Of a DNA stretch of 64,000 nucleotides, positions 48,759-58,830 are shown one piece after another (position 1 is the first letter of the stretch; every line of letters starts with the position of its first letter). The notes under the pieces are model-generated. The model had not been told where the DNA came from, did no database searches, and saw only the letters and a list, made by a program, of their open reading frames with translations. Origin of the DNA: an uncultured Verrucomicrobiae bacterium (lineage in GTDB: Bacteria > Chlamydiota > Chlamydiia > Chlamydiales > Rhabdochlamydiaceae); contig CAWDYW010000001.1 of the NCBI GenBank assembly GCA_963806855.1, positions 1,312,001 through 1,376,000 on the forward strand, read 5' to 3'. The translations under genes were made by a program, and so were the position numbers.

Positions 48759-49529
48759 TTATTGACTCTTTTTATTTGTTTCTTGAAATACGTAATCGCG
48801 ATCAAGCTGATCACTGATATTTCCAGGAGAGTGCATTCCCATGATACAAGTTAAGGGGATACGCCCTTCAATAAAGTCTTGCCAATGTGCTGTAAAGTCA
48901 TAATTCTTGTTTGCAGTTGCATGATACTCTGGCTTAGGAGTTGGCCCTACAAGTCGTTCAGCACTATTAATCCAAAGAGCTGCTCCACGTGGATTATAAA
49001 TGACATAGAGTGCCGAAAGGCCGACTGCACAGGTCGTAAAGTAACTATAGAGCATATAAGAAGTCATGCCCTGATGCATATTGAGCGCAATGCAAGCTGC
49101 GCCTGCTTTAAGTATAGGCACTAGGTTAGTCCACACACGTGCTGTCGAAGGGAGCTGTGATCTGATATCCTTTACCCCATTCTTGTAGACCGACTCACCT
49201 GCTTGCACAATCCCGAGATTTCCTAAAATTACAGCTGGGATAATAATGCCTGGGACAGAATACTCCAAATAAGGGACTTTCCAGGGATAGCATAGAGCAA
49301 CAGAGGCGGCCATCACTTTAGCCAGTGTTTCCCAGTTGCTATTTTGTTGCAAAAGAGCTCCAGTGTCTTCCTCTTTCAGAAACGTAAATTTTGAAGTGGT
49401 TGCACCTCCGGCTGGTCCCTCAGTGTAAAAATTACCTTTAAAATCCCCTTCTCGCATTCTTTGTTCACATTCATAGGGAGTCCATTTTTCTTGTGTCCAA
49501 TGTTGGAATACTTTGTTTATCGAATCCAT
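48759..49529 (-). CDS. Hypothetical membrane-associated protein, tandem paralog 2
   Basis: 256-aa ORF; EEDTGAL and LYVIYNPRG motifs. Confidence 0.7.
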   Translation of the reverse strand: MDSINKVFQHWTQEKWTPYECEQRMREGDFKGNFYTEGPAGGATTSKFTFLKEEDTGALLQQNSNWETLAKVMAASVALCYPWKVPYLEYSVPGIIIPAVILGNLGIVQAGESVYKNGVKDIRSQLPSTARVWTNLVPILKAGAACIALNMHQGMTSYMLYSYFTTCAVGLSALYVIYNPRGAALWINSAERLVGPTPKPEYHATANKNYDFTAHWQDFIEGRIPLTCIMGMHSPGNISDQLDRDYVFQETNKKSQ

Positions 49530-49586
49530 AATTTTACCTGTCTACTTTGTTTCTATTTTATTTTGTAATTGCAAACTTTTTAACAA

Positions 49587-50279
49587 TCACACTTTACAAA
49601 CTCTAAATTTATCAAGCTTATCCACTTTGTCATAGATATTTCCCATTTTTTGCATACAGACGGCCATGAAGAGAACTTTGCCATCGAAAAGGACTTCATC
49701 TACACATTCACTCGCGGGAGTGTCTTGGAGGTGTTTAGTATAGGGAGTCCCGTCGTGCCACTGGCTTTCGATTTTGCCGATCCATTTGCGCCCTTCATAA
49801 GGAGAAAGCATCGTGTAGAGGCAGGCAACTTCAATTGCTACGGCATAGAGGGGGCTGCGACAAACGCGCCACAAATCCAAAATCATTTCGTTCGGGATCT
49901 CAAAGACGATAGTCATGATGGCATTGCCTAAGGCTGCCCGAATTCCTTTCGCCGATAGTTCTTGAATCAATTGGGGGATCACTTTCCAGAAAATGGAAGT
50001 GATGTCAGCGACCATTTTTAAAAGATTGGCGCTGATAAGCCCAAGGGTATAAATAGGGGTAATAAAAAAGATGCCGAGCGATTTAGCTGCAATAGTATGA
50101 GGAGCATCTGGCTTGCCTTGCAAACCGTAGAGATCGCCTGTTGACTCTTCGAGGGTATATTCAAATGTCTGAGGGCTGCCATTGTCTTTTATGCAAAGGT
50201 CGCCCCGACTATTTAATTTCTCTACTGTAACATTGCGCCAATCTGCATTGGGCTGGTACAGATCCATTGCGGATAACAT
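49587..50279 (-). CDS. Hypothetical membrane-associated protein, tandem paralog 1
   Basis: 230-aa ORF; EESTGDLY and LYTMLSPYEGR motifs. Confidence 0.7.
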   Translation of the reverse strand: MLSAMDLYQPNADWRNVTVEKLNSRGDLCIKDNGSPQTFEYTLEESTGDLYGLQGKPDAPHTIAAKSLGIFFITPIYTLGLISANLLKMVADITSIFWKVIPQLIQELSAKGIRAALGNAIMTIVFEIPNEMILDLWRVCRSPLYAVAIEVACLYTMLSPYEGRKWIGKIESQWHDGTPYTKHLQDTPASECVDEVLFDGKVLFMAVCMQKMGNIYDKVDKLDKFRVCKV

Positions 50280-50340
50280 TAGGAACCTCGATAAAAATTG
50301 GCGAGGATTCTACGCTACCCGCTAATAAAAAATCTACTGG

Positions 50341-50478
50341 TTACTTGAAAATTTTCTCATGCGGAGTGAGAATCATTTGAAGGAGCAGGCTATTTCTCAA
50401 GGCAGATTTATCCTTGAGCAGTTTTTTTAGCCCGCTCTGGTTTTTAGGTTGTTGTTCTTTTGGCTTTTCTTTGCTCAT
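50341..50478 (-). CDS. 45-aa small protein, YqfB-like third gene of the nfeD-floA operon (not in ORF track)
   Basis: Manual translation [49 protein letters not shown] overlap with the floA stop. Confidence 0.5.
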   Translation of the reverse strand: MSKEKPKEQQPKNQSGLKKLLKDKSALRNSLLLQMILTPHEKIFK

Positions 50479-51422
50479 GAGATCTCTGCTAGGGATTTGC
50501 GCATTTCAGTATCTGCTTGAACATTTTTCATCCGATAATGGTCCATGATCCCGAGATTGCCTGATCGAAATGCTTCGGCGATCGCTTGAGGAATTTCTGC
50601 TTCAGCAGCGATCAGCAGAGCCTTGTTCTCCTGCTCGACAGCAACGGCATTCGCTCGTCTCTCTTCAGCTTTGGCTTGTGCGATTTTCTTATCTGATTCG
50701 GCTTGGTCGGTGCGCAAGCGAGCTCCGATATTTTCCCCAACATGGATGTCGGCGATATCGATGGAGAGGATTTCGAATGCGGTCTGCGCATCGAGCCCTT
50801 TTTCAAGCACCAGTTTAGAAATGGATTGGGGCGCTTCGAGAACATCGACATACTGATTGGCTGCACCGATCGAATTGATGATCCCCTCCCCTACACGGGC
50901 GATGATGGTCTCTTCGGTGGCGCCTCCGACTAGCTGCTGCAGATTGGTGCGGACGGTTACCCGTGCACGGCACCCAAGTTGAATTCCATCTTTTGAGACG
51001 GCGGTTATGTAGGTCCCATCGCTGGGGCAATTGATCACTTTCGGATTGACTGAGGTACGGACTGCTTCGAGAATATCTCTTCCAGCAAGGTCAATTGCAG
51101 TCGCCTGCCCCCAAGAAAGGGGGATGTTGGCTTTCTGGGCAACAATCATCGCGCTGATCACTTTGGTCACACTTCCGCTAGCCAAATAGTGGGTCTCCAA
51201 TGCGGCGGTATTGATCCCTTTGATCCCCGCCTTAGAGAGAGTGATGATCCCGTTGACTATGATACGTGGAGGGATTTTGCGCATGCTCATCCCGACGATA
51301 TTGAAAAGGGGGATATAGCTACCCGAGACGAGCGCCTGAAACCAAAGGCTGATGAAGCGCATCACCATGGAAGCGAGAATTAGGATAATTACTCCAATAA
51401 AAATATACAGTGTTCCGCTCAT
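50475..51422 (-). CDS. floA: Flotillin-like protein FloA (YqfA/UPF0365)
   Basis: [57 protein letters not shown]. Confidence 0.93.
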   Translation of the reverse strand: MSGTLYIFIGVIILILASMVMRFISLWFQALVSGSYIPLFNIVGMSMRKIPPRIIVNGIITLSKAGIKGINTAALETHYLASGSVTKVISAMIVAQKANIPLSWGQATAIDLAGRDILEAVRTSVNPKVINCPSDGTYITAVSKDGIQLGCRARVTVRTNLQQLVGGATEETIIARVGEGIINSIGAANQYVDVLEAPQSISKLVLEKGLDAQTAFEILSIDIADIHVGENIGARLRTDQAESDKKIAQAKAEERRANAVAVEQENKALLIAAEAEIPQAIAEAFRSGNLGIMDHYRMKNVQADTEMRKSLAEIS

Positions 51423-51423
51423 T

Positions 51424-51885
51424 TTATGTCTCCTTTACAATGTAATAGGCTCCGCGCCCATCGATGATCGTGATTTTTTTTCCCTTGGCGATATAGTCGC
51501 TCTCCGAAATGGCCTGCACCCGCTTCTGGTTGACCAAAATATGGCCCGAGGGTTTGAGGTCGGAGGCTGCTTCGCCCTGATGCCCGACGAGGGCCATATC
51601 GAGGGTAGATGCGACGAATTCAGCCTGGTCGGTCTCTAATAAATAATTTTTTCTTTGCCTATTTTTAATTATCGATAATGCCAGTTTGCATACGATAATT
51701 ATAAGCAATACAGTAAATATGAGCGTGCTCGATTTAAACAATAGGGAGAAAGTGGAAAGCAATAAGAGGAGAGCTCCGACGCCGAGCGCTAAAGCTCCTA
51801 AAATCGCCATGATGCCCCCTGGGAGGAAGAACTCAATGAAGATGAACAGTAATCCGATTAAAATGAGACTTATTTGCAACATCAT
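51424..51885 (-). CDS. Short NfeD-family protein
   Basis: EFFLPGG TM region; OB-fold [11 protein letters not shown]...QAISESDYI. Confidence 0.88.
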   Translation of the reverse strand: MMLQISLILIGLLFIFIEFFLPGGIMAILGALALGVGALLLLLSTFSLLFKSSTLIFTVLLIIIVCKLALSIIKNRQRKNYLLETDQAEFVASTLDMALVGHQGEAASDLKPSGHILVNQKRVQAISESDYIAKGKKITIIDGRGAYYIVKET

Positions 51886-51926
51886 GCCATAGAGAATGCC
51901 ACAAGCTTAATTATTTATCCAACATT

Positions 51927-52033
51927 AACGCAAAGGCGCCAAGACGCAAAGACGCAGGAAAAAGAAAAAAATAGGATGTTCATTATTTTTTTACCCTTTT
52001 TTTTGCGTCTTTGCGTTTCTGCGTCTTTGCGTT
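51927..52033. repeat. REP-like palindrome family A
   Basis: AACGCAAAGGCGCCAAGACGCAAAGACGCAGG...TGCGTCTTTGCGTTTCTGCGTCTTTGCGTT. Confidence 0.85.
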
Positions 52034-52092
52034 GTAATTGCCTAACCTAATAGGATTGAATTTTACTCTCCGGCAGACCATCATATCTTGTA

Positions 52093-53862
52093 ATGGTTCG
52101 GCTATTCAAACTCATCCCTTTCTTCATCCCGTTTGCCCTTATGGCTTCGACCATCCCTTATTCGGTCAGGATCGAGGGGGTAGAGGATGAAAAGACTCTG
52201 CGGGATCTGCGTAACTCCTCTCAGCTCATGAACTTGCGCAAGAAGCCTCCGAGCTCGATCAATTCTCTGAGGTTTCGGGCTGAATCGGATATCCCCGATC
52301 TGATCAAGATTTTGCATGCCCATGGGTATCTCGAAGCCCAGATCGATGTTCAATTTGAAAAGGAACCGGAAGAATATTATGTCGTTCTCTGGGTTAATCC
52401 TGGGCCGATTTATACGATTGAGCAGTATCACGTCACGTTACTGAGTGAGGGAAGCGAGATTGAAAACCAATGTGCGCCGCTGAGTTTAGCGCAGCTTGGG
52501 ATCGCGCTTGGTCAGCCGCTTGAGACGAATCGGGTCATCGAGAGTGAGCTGTCAGCGCTTCGAGTACTGGCTCAGTACGGCTACCCGCTGGCTGAAATTC
52601 AGGATCGGGAGATTATCGCCGATGGGAAGACGAAGCAGGTCCGGGTCCTTTTGACAATCGAGCTTGGCCCAATCGCCTATTTTGGCCCCACAACCATCGA
52701 AGGCAATTGCACTGTCCGCTCCTGTCTCATCGAGCAGCAAATCCAATGGAGCGAAAATGAGCGGTTTAATTGCTGTCTTGTCGAAGGGACGAGGGAAGCC
52801 TTGATGGACACGGGGCTGTTTAGCTCTGTCTACATCACCTATCCGAAGAGTGTCGATGAGGGGCCGATTTTGCCGATGAAAATCGAGGTGGCCGAGACGA
52901 AACATAAGAGCATCAGCGCCGGGATAAGTTACCAGACAACATTTGGCCCTGGAGCCACCATTGGCTGGGAAAATCGGAATGTGAGGGGCATGGGAAGACG
53001 ATTTACCTTTCAGGCCAATATTGCCCAGCGGATCCATTCGGGAATCGCGGCCTATCGGATCCCCCATTTTTATGGAATTGATCACAATTACACAATCCAA
53101 GCGGAAGCGGCTCACGAATCCATTAAGCCGTATCGGATGCAATCGTACAATCTCCTTAACCGATTTGATCGCCCTATCGGGTGCTATTTCTACTTTTCTG
53201 TGGCGGCTGAGCTCGAATATTTGATTGTTCGCGGTAGCGTCGACAACGGAAAGTTTTTCCTCGCCGAGGCACCAATTCATCTCCGCTGGACAAATGTGGA
53301 GGATTTTCTGAACCCGGCCAAGGGGGTTCGGCTCGACTATCGCGGCGCGCCTACTGTCAATCTCAAAAAAGGGTCTGAATTTTATTATTCGCAAGTCCTC
53401 ACTTTGAGCTCCTACTTGCCCCTTTGGAGAAATGAGGGGCTTATTCTCGCTCAAAAGCTGACCGTAGGGACGATTTTTAGCAATGGGCTCGACGCTGTTC
53501 CAGTTCCCAAGCGGTTTTTTGGAGGATCTGAGGAAAATTTACGGGGATATCGCTACTACACGGTCTCCCCATTGCGAAAACATGACAAGCCCATTGGAGG
53601 CAGATCGGCTATTTTCTATACGATTGAACCCCGTTTTCGCTTCAGGAATTGTTTTGGACTTGTCCCATTTTTTGATATCGGTAATGTATATTTAAAAGAG
53701 TGGCCCACTTTTGAGGGGAAGTGGCGCAAGTCGGTCGGGATCGGATTTCGTTATTTTTCCTTCATCGGTCCTTTGCGGCTCGATGTCGCCTTCCCCCTTG
53801 ATAGGCGTGAGGGAATCGATCCCCACTGGTGGGTATTCGTAAGTTTGGGGCAATCATTTTGA
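52093..53862 (+). CDS. tamA: TamA/Omp85-family outer membrane protein
   Basis: POTRA-like region; RFFGG..NLRGY; GFRYFSFIGPLRLDVAFP; terminal SLGQSF. Confidence 0.88.
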   Translation: MVRLFKLIPFFIPFALMASTIPYSVRIEGVEDEKTLRDLRNSSQLMNLRKKPPSSINSLRFRAESDIPDLIKILHAHGYLEAQIDVQFEKEPEEYYVVLWVNPGPIYTIEQYHVTLLSEGSEIENQCAPLSLAQLGIALGQPLETNRVIESELSALRVLAQYGYPLAEIQDREIIADGKTKQVRVLLTIELGPIAYFGPTTIEGNCTVRSCLIEQQIQWSENERFNCCLVEGTREALMDTGLFSSVYITYPKSVDEGPILPMKIEVAETKHKSISAGISYQTTFGPGATIGWENRNVRGMGRRFTFQANIAQRIHSGIAAYRIPHFYGIDHNYTIQAEAAHESIKPYRMQSYNLLNRFDRPIGCYFYFSVAAELEYLIVRGSVDNGKFFLAEAPIHLRWTNVEDFLNPAKGVRLDYRGAPTVNLKKGSEFYYSQVLTLSSYLPLWRNEGLILAQKLTVGTIFSNGLDAVPVPKRFFGGSEENLRGYRYYTVSPLRKHDKPIGGRSAIFYTIEPRFRFRNCFGLVPFFDIGNVYLKEWPTFEGKWRKSVGIGFRYFSFIGPLRLDVAFPLDRREGIDPHWWVFVSLGQSF

Positions 53863-56837
53863 AGTGGATCGTCAGAGTTTTTCTTAGCCTCCTTGTTCTC
53901 CTCATGGGTGTGGTCTTCATCATGCAGACTCCATTTGCAAAGGAGCTGGCCAAAAATACCCTCATCACGCTTGCTCATGAAAAGGGGATTGAACTTCGGT
54001 TAAGAAAAATCGATGGAGTCCTCCCTTTTGAATGGAAGCTTAAAGATGTAAAATGCCGCTATAAAGGAGAGGAGATCTCTGCAGATGAGCTCAAATTTCG
54101 GCTCGCCCTTTTGCCCCTTTTTCAACAAGAATTGGAAGTGAGTTATCTCAAAATCCACGAGGGGCGCTTTCGAAATGTTCCATTTGCCGCTACCGCAAAG
54201 GGCAAGCTCGACCTCAGCGGGAATAACACAATTAAAATCTCCAATTTTCTCATCGAGGGAGAAAATCTCTTTGTCCGTCTAGAAGGAAAAATCAACCCCG
54301 ATCTTACGATCAAACAAGGAAATTTAGCTTTTTATCTCCCCAATCTCTCCCTCTTTAGCCAGACGATTTCTCAGGGCTCTGCGATGGGAATGGGGAAAAT
54401 CACCAAGGAAAGCGCCAAACTCGAGTGTTTTATTGAAAATCTGCAGATAGGCAAGATCCCCGTTGCCTACTCGGTACTGACGCTCGACGCGACACGGGAG
54501 CAGGAGCTGTGGGAAGGAAGTGCGGGCTTAAGAAGCGGACATCCCGAAATTCCAATGCAAGGGCAGTGCCATTTTTCATGGGGAAAGGAGCTGCTCATTG
54601 ATGAGATTCAAATTAAGAGCCCTGAACTTAAGCTATCGGGGAACCTCAACCTAAACAAGCTCGAGGGGCAGCTTCTAGCCAAATGTGCCGATCTACGCAC
54701 TCTCCAGCCTCTTTTTCCCAATTGCTATATCAAAGGGTCTCTCGACTCTGAGCTGAAGCTCAATAATAAAAATCTCGAATGTCGGGTAGACCTTAAGAAT
54801 TTTGCCCTTGCCGATACGTTAGGTCAGTCTCTCTCAATCAAAAGCCGATTCAATGAGTCAATGCAAGGGAGCCTCGAGATCACGGGCTCCTCGATCATCC
54901 ACGAGAAAATGCGATTAGATCAAGTCCACTTTAAATCCATAGTTGATCCTGAGCACTCTCCCTTTGAATTAGCGATTAAAGGGACCTGGGAGGATCCGCT
55001 CGAGTTCCGGGGTTCTGGCAGCCTCCAAATGCAACCGAATGGTCTGCTCTGCAACATCGAGGCAATCGATGGGTTTGCCCTCAAGCGGTCGATTTCTCTC
55101 CAAACACCTTTTTCTATCGATTGGACGACGGAGCACTTCAAAATGAGCAATCTGTCGATGGATATCGGCTATGGTCACCTCCTTTCTCGAATCAACTTAG
55201 ATAAGACCAGCACAGAGATCAAGATTAATGCCCGTGAGATGCCTCTAGAGTTCATCCCGATCTTTTACAAACACTTCTCCTTGGCCGGGACAAGCTCTTT
55301 CGATATCGATCTTGTCGCGAAGGAAAACGGTATCCAGGGCACTTGCAATGTCGCGTTGGAGCGGGCTCATTTCCTATCCGAAGGGCTTAAGGAGCCCTAC
55401 ACGACGAAAGGCTCACTCCAAATTCATCTCAGCGGAAGCACACTCCAAGTTCACGCCGATCTGAAGGCCAAAGACAAGCAGTTCATCAATTTAATCGGCA
55501 GCTTCCCCATCCACCTGCAACACTTCCCCTTTAAAATCAGCCTCGACACCGATCGCCCTTTTTCTTCGCAACTGACTGCGGAAGGCAAATTGGAAGACCT
55601 TTTCAATTTCATCAATGTGGGTCAAAATAGAATCGAGGGGTGGGTCTCAACGCAGCTGCACGGCTCGAAGACGCTGAGAGAACCATCGCTTCAAGGATCA
55701 TTCGAACTTCAAGATGGCCTCTATGAGAATTATACCTCTGGCACCTGTCTAAAACAAATCTCTGCCAAAGGAGTCGCCGATAATAAAATGATCCGACTCA
55801 CCAACCTGCAGGCTAACGACGGCGATAAGGGCTCATTTACAGCCGAAGGGTACCTCGAGCTGAAGCCGCTTGACCACTTCCCATTTTCCTTTACAGCAGA
55901 CATCCACGATTTCAATGTTCTCTCGTTTGAGATGTTGACGGGCACCTGTTCTGGTGACGTGACCTTAAGCGGCAATCGCTTGGGAGCCTTGGCTAAGGGC
56001 AAGATCAAAGTCCACGGTGCCACTTTCCGCATTCCCGATCAGATGCCGGCGATCTTCCTGCAGCTTCCGATCCGCTTCGTCAACCTTCCGGAAAAAGTGA
56101 TCACCACTCAGATCGTCCCCAAGTCGGCCTTCCCGCTTGAGCTCGATATCGAAGTCCATGTCCCCAAAGAGGGGCGGGTCGAGGGGCGCGGCCTCAATGC
56201 AGAACTAAAAGGAAGAGTCCACCTCACCGGCACTTCTAAAAACGTGAGCACCCAAGGAAAATTGCAGCTGGTCTCGGGGGAATACATCTTCTCGGGCAAA
56301 GTCTTCAAGCTGACCAAAGGAGAGGTCATTTTTAGCGATAAGTCGATCAAAAACGCCTACATCTCTTTCAGTGGCAACTGCGATCTGCCCGAAGTCAATG
56401 TCACCGTGATGCTCGAGGGGCCCCTCACCTCCCCTAAACTCAGCTTCCAATCGAGCCCCCAACTGTCCACAAGCTCACTCCTCTCCCAAATCTTGTTCAA
56501 TAAAGACATCTCCGAAATTTCTGCCATCCAAGCGCTCCAAGTCGCCCAAACAATCATCTCCCTCTCTGGCAACTCTGGGCCGGACATCCTCGAGAAGATC
56601 CGCAAGACCATCGGGATCGATCGACTCACCCTGGTCACTTCCGAAAACGACCCAGGCAAAATCTCACTTCAAATCGGCAAATACCTGATGCGCGGCGTCC
56701 TGCTCACCCTCTCACAAGGGGCCGAGAGCCGCAACGTCTCGGTGGAAATCGACCTGCGCAAAGGGATAAAGTTCCAAGCCGAATTCAATGAAGAGCAGCA
56801 GGGTAAGTTCTCTTTGAAGTGGCACCACCACTATTAA
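53829..56837 (+). CDS. tamB: TamB/DUF490 translocation and assembly module protein (start uncertain)
   Basis: N-terminal TM anchor, beta-rich body, C-terminal VEGRGLNAELKG...GKYL; directly follows tamA. Confidence 0.85.
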   Translation: MGIRKFGAIILKWIVRVFLSLLVLLMGVVFIMQTPFAKELAKNTLITLAHEKGIELRLRKIDGVLPFEWKLKDVKCRYKGEEISADELKFRLALLPLFQQELEVSYLKIHEGRFRNVPFAATAKGKLDLSGNNTIKISNFLIEGENLFVRLEGKINPDLTIKQGNLAFYLPNLSLFSQTISQGSAMGMGKITKESAKLECFIENLQIGKIPVAYSVLTLDATREQELWEGSAGLRSGHPEIPMQGQCHFSWGKELLIDEIQIKSPELKLSGNLNLNKLEGQLLAKCADLRTLQPLFPNCYIKGSLDSELKLNNKNLECRVDLKNFALADTLGQSLSIKSRFNESMQGSLEITGSSIIHEKMRLDQVHFKSIVDPEHSPFELAIKGTWEDPLEFRGSGSLQMQPNGLLCNIEAIDGFALKRSISLQTPFSIDWTTEHFKMSNLSMDIGYGHLLSRINLDKTSTEIKINAREMPLEFIPIFYKHFSLAGTSSFDIDLVAKENGIQGTCNVALERAHFLSEGLKEPYTTKGSLQIHLSGSTLQVHADLKAKDKQFINLIGSFPIHLQHFPFKISLDTDRPFSSQLTAEGKLEDLFNFINVGQNRIEGWVSTQLHGSKTLREPSLQGSFELQDGLYENYTSGTCLKQISAKGVADNKMIRLTNLQANDGDKGSFTAEGYLELKPLDHFPFSFTADIHDFNVLSFEMLTGTCSGDVTLSGNRLGALAKGKIKVHGATFRIPDQMPAIFLQLPIRFVNLPEKVITTQIVPKSAFPLELDIEVHVPKEGRVEGRGLNAELKGRVHLTGTSKNVSTQGKLQLVSGEYIFSGKVFKLTKGEVIFSDKSIKNAYISFSGNCDLPEVNVTVMLEGPLTSPKLSFQSSPQLSTSSLLSQILFNKDISEISAIQALQVAQTIISLSGNSGPDILEKIRKTIGIDRLTLVTSENDPGKISLQIGKYLMRGVLLTLSQGAESRNVSVEIDLRKGIKFQAEFNEEQQGKFSLKWHHHY

Positions 56838-56931
56838 TTCGTGCCCGTGTGCGTGCCCGTGCCCGATTTTTTTTGCAGTCGGGAGAAATCCCCGCTGCCC
56901 CATCGGGCACGCATACGGGCACGGGCACGAA
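56838..56931. repeat. Hexamer-periodic (GTGCCC) palindrome, family D
   Basis: TTCGTGCCCGTGTGCGTGCCCGTGCCCGAT ... ATCGGGCACGCATACGGGCACGGGCACGAA. Confidence 0.8.
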
Positions 56932-56998
56932 ATATTGTTGCAAAAATTTCCTCTACTGAATAAACTAGATCTGCGGCCAAGTAATCAAGGAGCGTAAA

Positions 56999-57481
56999 AT
57001 GGATACAATTGGATACAACCCATCTATAGACTGGCTTAACGCGTATGGAGCGTACGAAGCTGACACTCACAACACGATCAACAACCAAAATAAAAAAGTG
57101 AGTGGACACATCAACCATATGGAGAAGCTACAGCAGTTTTTAACTATGGCTACAGAGCGGACAAAGGATTCCAACCGCTTGGATATGTCACGTCCAGAAG
57201 ACCAAGATCTACTCGCTGAACTACTGACTTATGGCGGTACGGAGCACATTTTCCCCCATGGCAAGACCGAGTGGAAAGAGAAAGAACTCGAGCATCTGCA
57301 TGAAAAAATTAATCAGCACATCCAGGGACCTTTGCAGAGGCAAGTCAATAGTGGAACTGAAGAGATGGTTCTGCTGCAGCACGAATTGACCAAAGCGCTT
57401 GATCTATTTAAAAATGGGTTGAAGAATAATACAGACTTAATTACCTCGATCAACCGCAGAATCCAATCGGCCCATTCATGA
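56999..57481 (+). CDS. Helical hypothetical protein, first gene of the translocator operon
   Basis: RBS AAGGAG; ATGA-coupled to the chaperone gene. Confidence 0.7.
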   Translation: MDTIGYNPSIDWLNAYGAYEADTHNTINNQNKKVSGHINHMEKLQQFLTMATERTKDSNRLDMSRPEDQDLLAELLTYGGTEHIFPHGKTEWKEKELEHLHEKINQHIQGPLQRQVNSGTEEMVLLQHELTKALDLFKNGLKNNTDLITSINRRIQSAHS

Positions 57482-57906
57482 CCTTCATCGATTCGTTAAA
57501 AGCATTGGGTTTTGAAGGGGAATTGAAACCCCTATCTCTGCAAGAGCGCGAGACGGTCTATGCAGCTGCCTATGGGATGTATGAAGTGGGCGATTATGAG
57601 CGCTCTGCTGGTCTTTTCACCCAATTAATCTTGAACGAACCCTTTGAACTCCGCTTTTGGAAAGGGCTCGCCTCTTCCCGTCAGATGAACCGGGAGTACA
57701 AGGCTGCCCTCCATGCGTGGAGCATCGTCTGTCTAATGGGCGGACAGCAGCCGATTTCCCATTTCCATGCAGCTGAATGTTATTTGTCTATTGGAGAGCT
57801 AAAAGAGGCGGCCAAAGCGCTCCAATGTGCCCAATTTTTTCTCCCAGATTCCGATCCTTTAAGTTCTAAAATCGAAGAATTAAAAAAGGTGGTCGGCAAT
57901 GGTTAA
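57478..57906 (+). CDS. SycD/LcrH-family class II T3SS chaperone
   Basis: TPR pattern YAAAYGMYEVGDY...LFTQL...FWKGLASSRQM...FHAAECYLSIG. Confidence 0.9.
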   Translation: MTFIDSLKALGFEGELKPLSLQERETVYAAAYGMYEVGDYERSAGLFTQLILNEPFELRFWKGLASSRQMNREYKAALHAWSIVCLMGGQQPISHFHAAECYLSIGELKEAAKALQCAQFFLPDSDPLSSKIEELKKVVGNG

Positions 57907-58819
57907 CCGAACTGAAAGGATTGCCTCGACACGCGCTATCCCACCTGTTGCTGCGCCAAGACACAGAGTTGACCACACGCACAGTCATTTTTCGACGATC
58001 AGCAAATCCAAATCGGTCGTCCCCCCTTATATCGCCTCCAAGCCGATTCTCGATCCTCCTCCCCCACCTTTTTGGTCAATGATTGGACAAGTGAGCCGTC
58101 TTGAAGATGCTGCCTATAAATTCACCGTCCAGAAAGAGCAGCGGATCGACAGCATCTTCGACCAGATCAAACGTCTGCAGCTGGAAGAGGGGCTTAAGCT
58201 AGAAGAGGCCTACGCCGCATCGGAAGATGTGACCTTTTGGAGCTTTCTATACGATGTGAGCACTGCCCTCATGAGCTCGGTCTCTTTTTTCTTTGGGTTT
58301 GCCGCCGTCTCCTCTGGAGGGACAGCTGTAGGTGCTGCCTTAATTGCGTCGGGAGTCCTATCGCTAACGAATATCGCCTTCAAGCATGCCCAAGTCTGGG
58401 ATTGGATCGCCGATCAAGTTTCAAATGGCGATCAAGAGGTGCGCCAAGCGGTAAAGACCTACCTTCCGGTCGGAGTCGGAATCGTCGCTGCAGCGATGGG
58501 TGTCTACGGCGCCTATGCAGCTTGGACCTATCCCCAATTACAAGGAACTTCCAAAGCGCTTGCCATCCTAGAAACGATTGCCGGAGTGGCCCAAGGGGTC
58601 ACTACATGGGGCAATGGACAGGCAGCCCGACGATTTAAATTGACCAGCGCTGAAGTTTCTGCTTTGCAATCAAAAGGGGAATTAACTACACTTGAACTCG
58701 AAATTGTAATTGACGATATAAAAAAAATTCAAAAAGACTTGGGTGCAATTCAGGAGCTGGTAGGAAGATTAGTCCAAGATACCTCCCATTCCATCCAATC
58801 GATACAACAACCTGTTTAG
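57899..58819 (+). CDS. CopB-like (SctE) T3SS major translocator
   Basis: Two hydrophobic segments and a C-terminal coiled coil; directly downstream of the SycD-type chaperone. Confidence 0.6.
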   Translation: MVNRTERIASTRAIPPVAAPRHRVDHTHSHFSTISKSKSVVPPYIASKPILDPPPPPFWSMIGQVSRLEDAAYKFTVQKEQRIDSIFDQIKRLQLEEGLKLEEAYAASEDVTFWSFLYDVSTALMSSVSFFFGFAAVSSGGTAVGAALIASGVLSLTNIAFKHAQVWDWIADQVSNGDQEVRQAVKTYLPVGVGIVAAAMGVYGAYAAWTYPQLQGTSKALAILETIAGVAQGVTTWGNGQAARRFKLTSAEVSALQSKGELTTLELEIVIDDIKKIQKDLGAIQELVGRLVQDTSHSIQSIQQPV

Positions 58820-58830
58820 AGGATAAAAAT

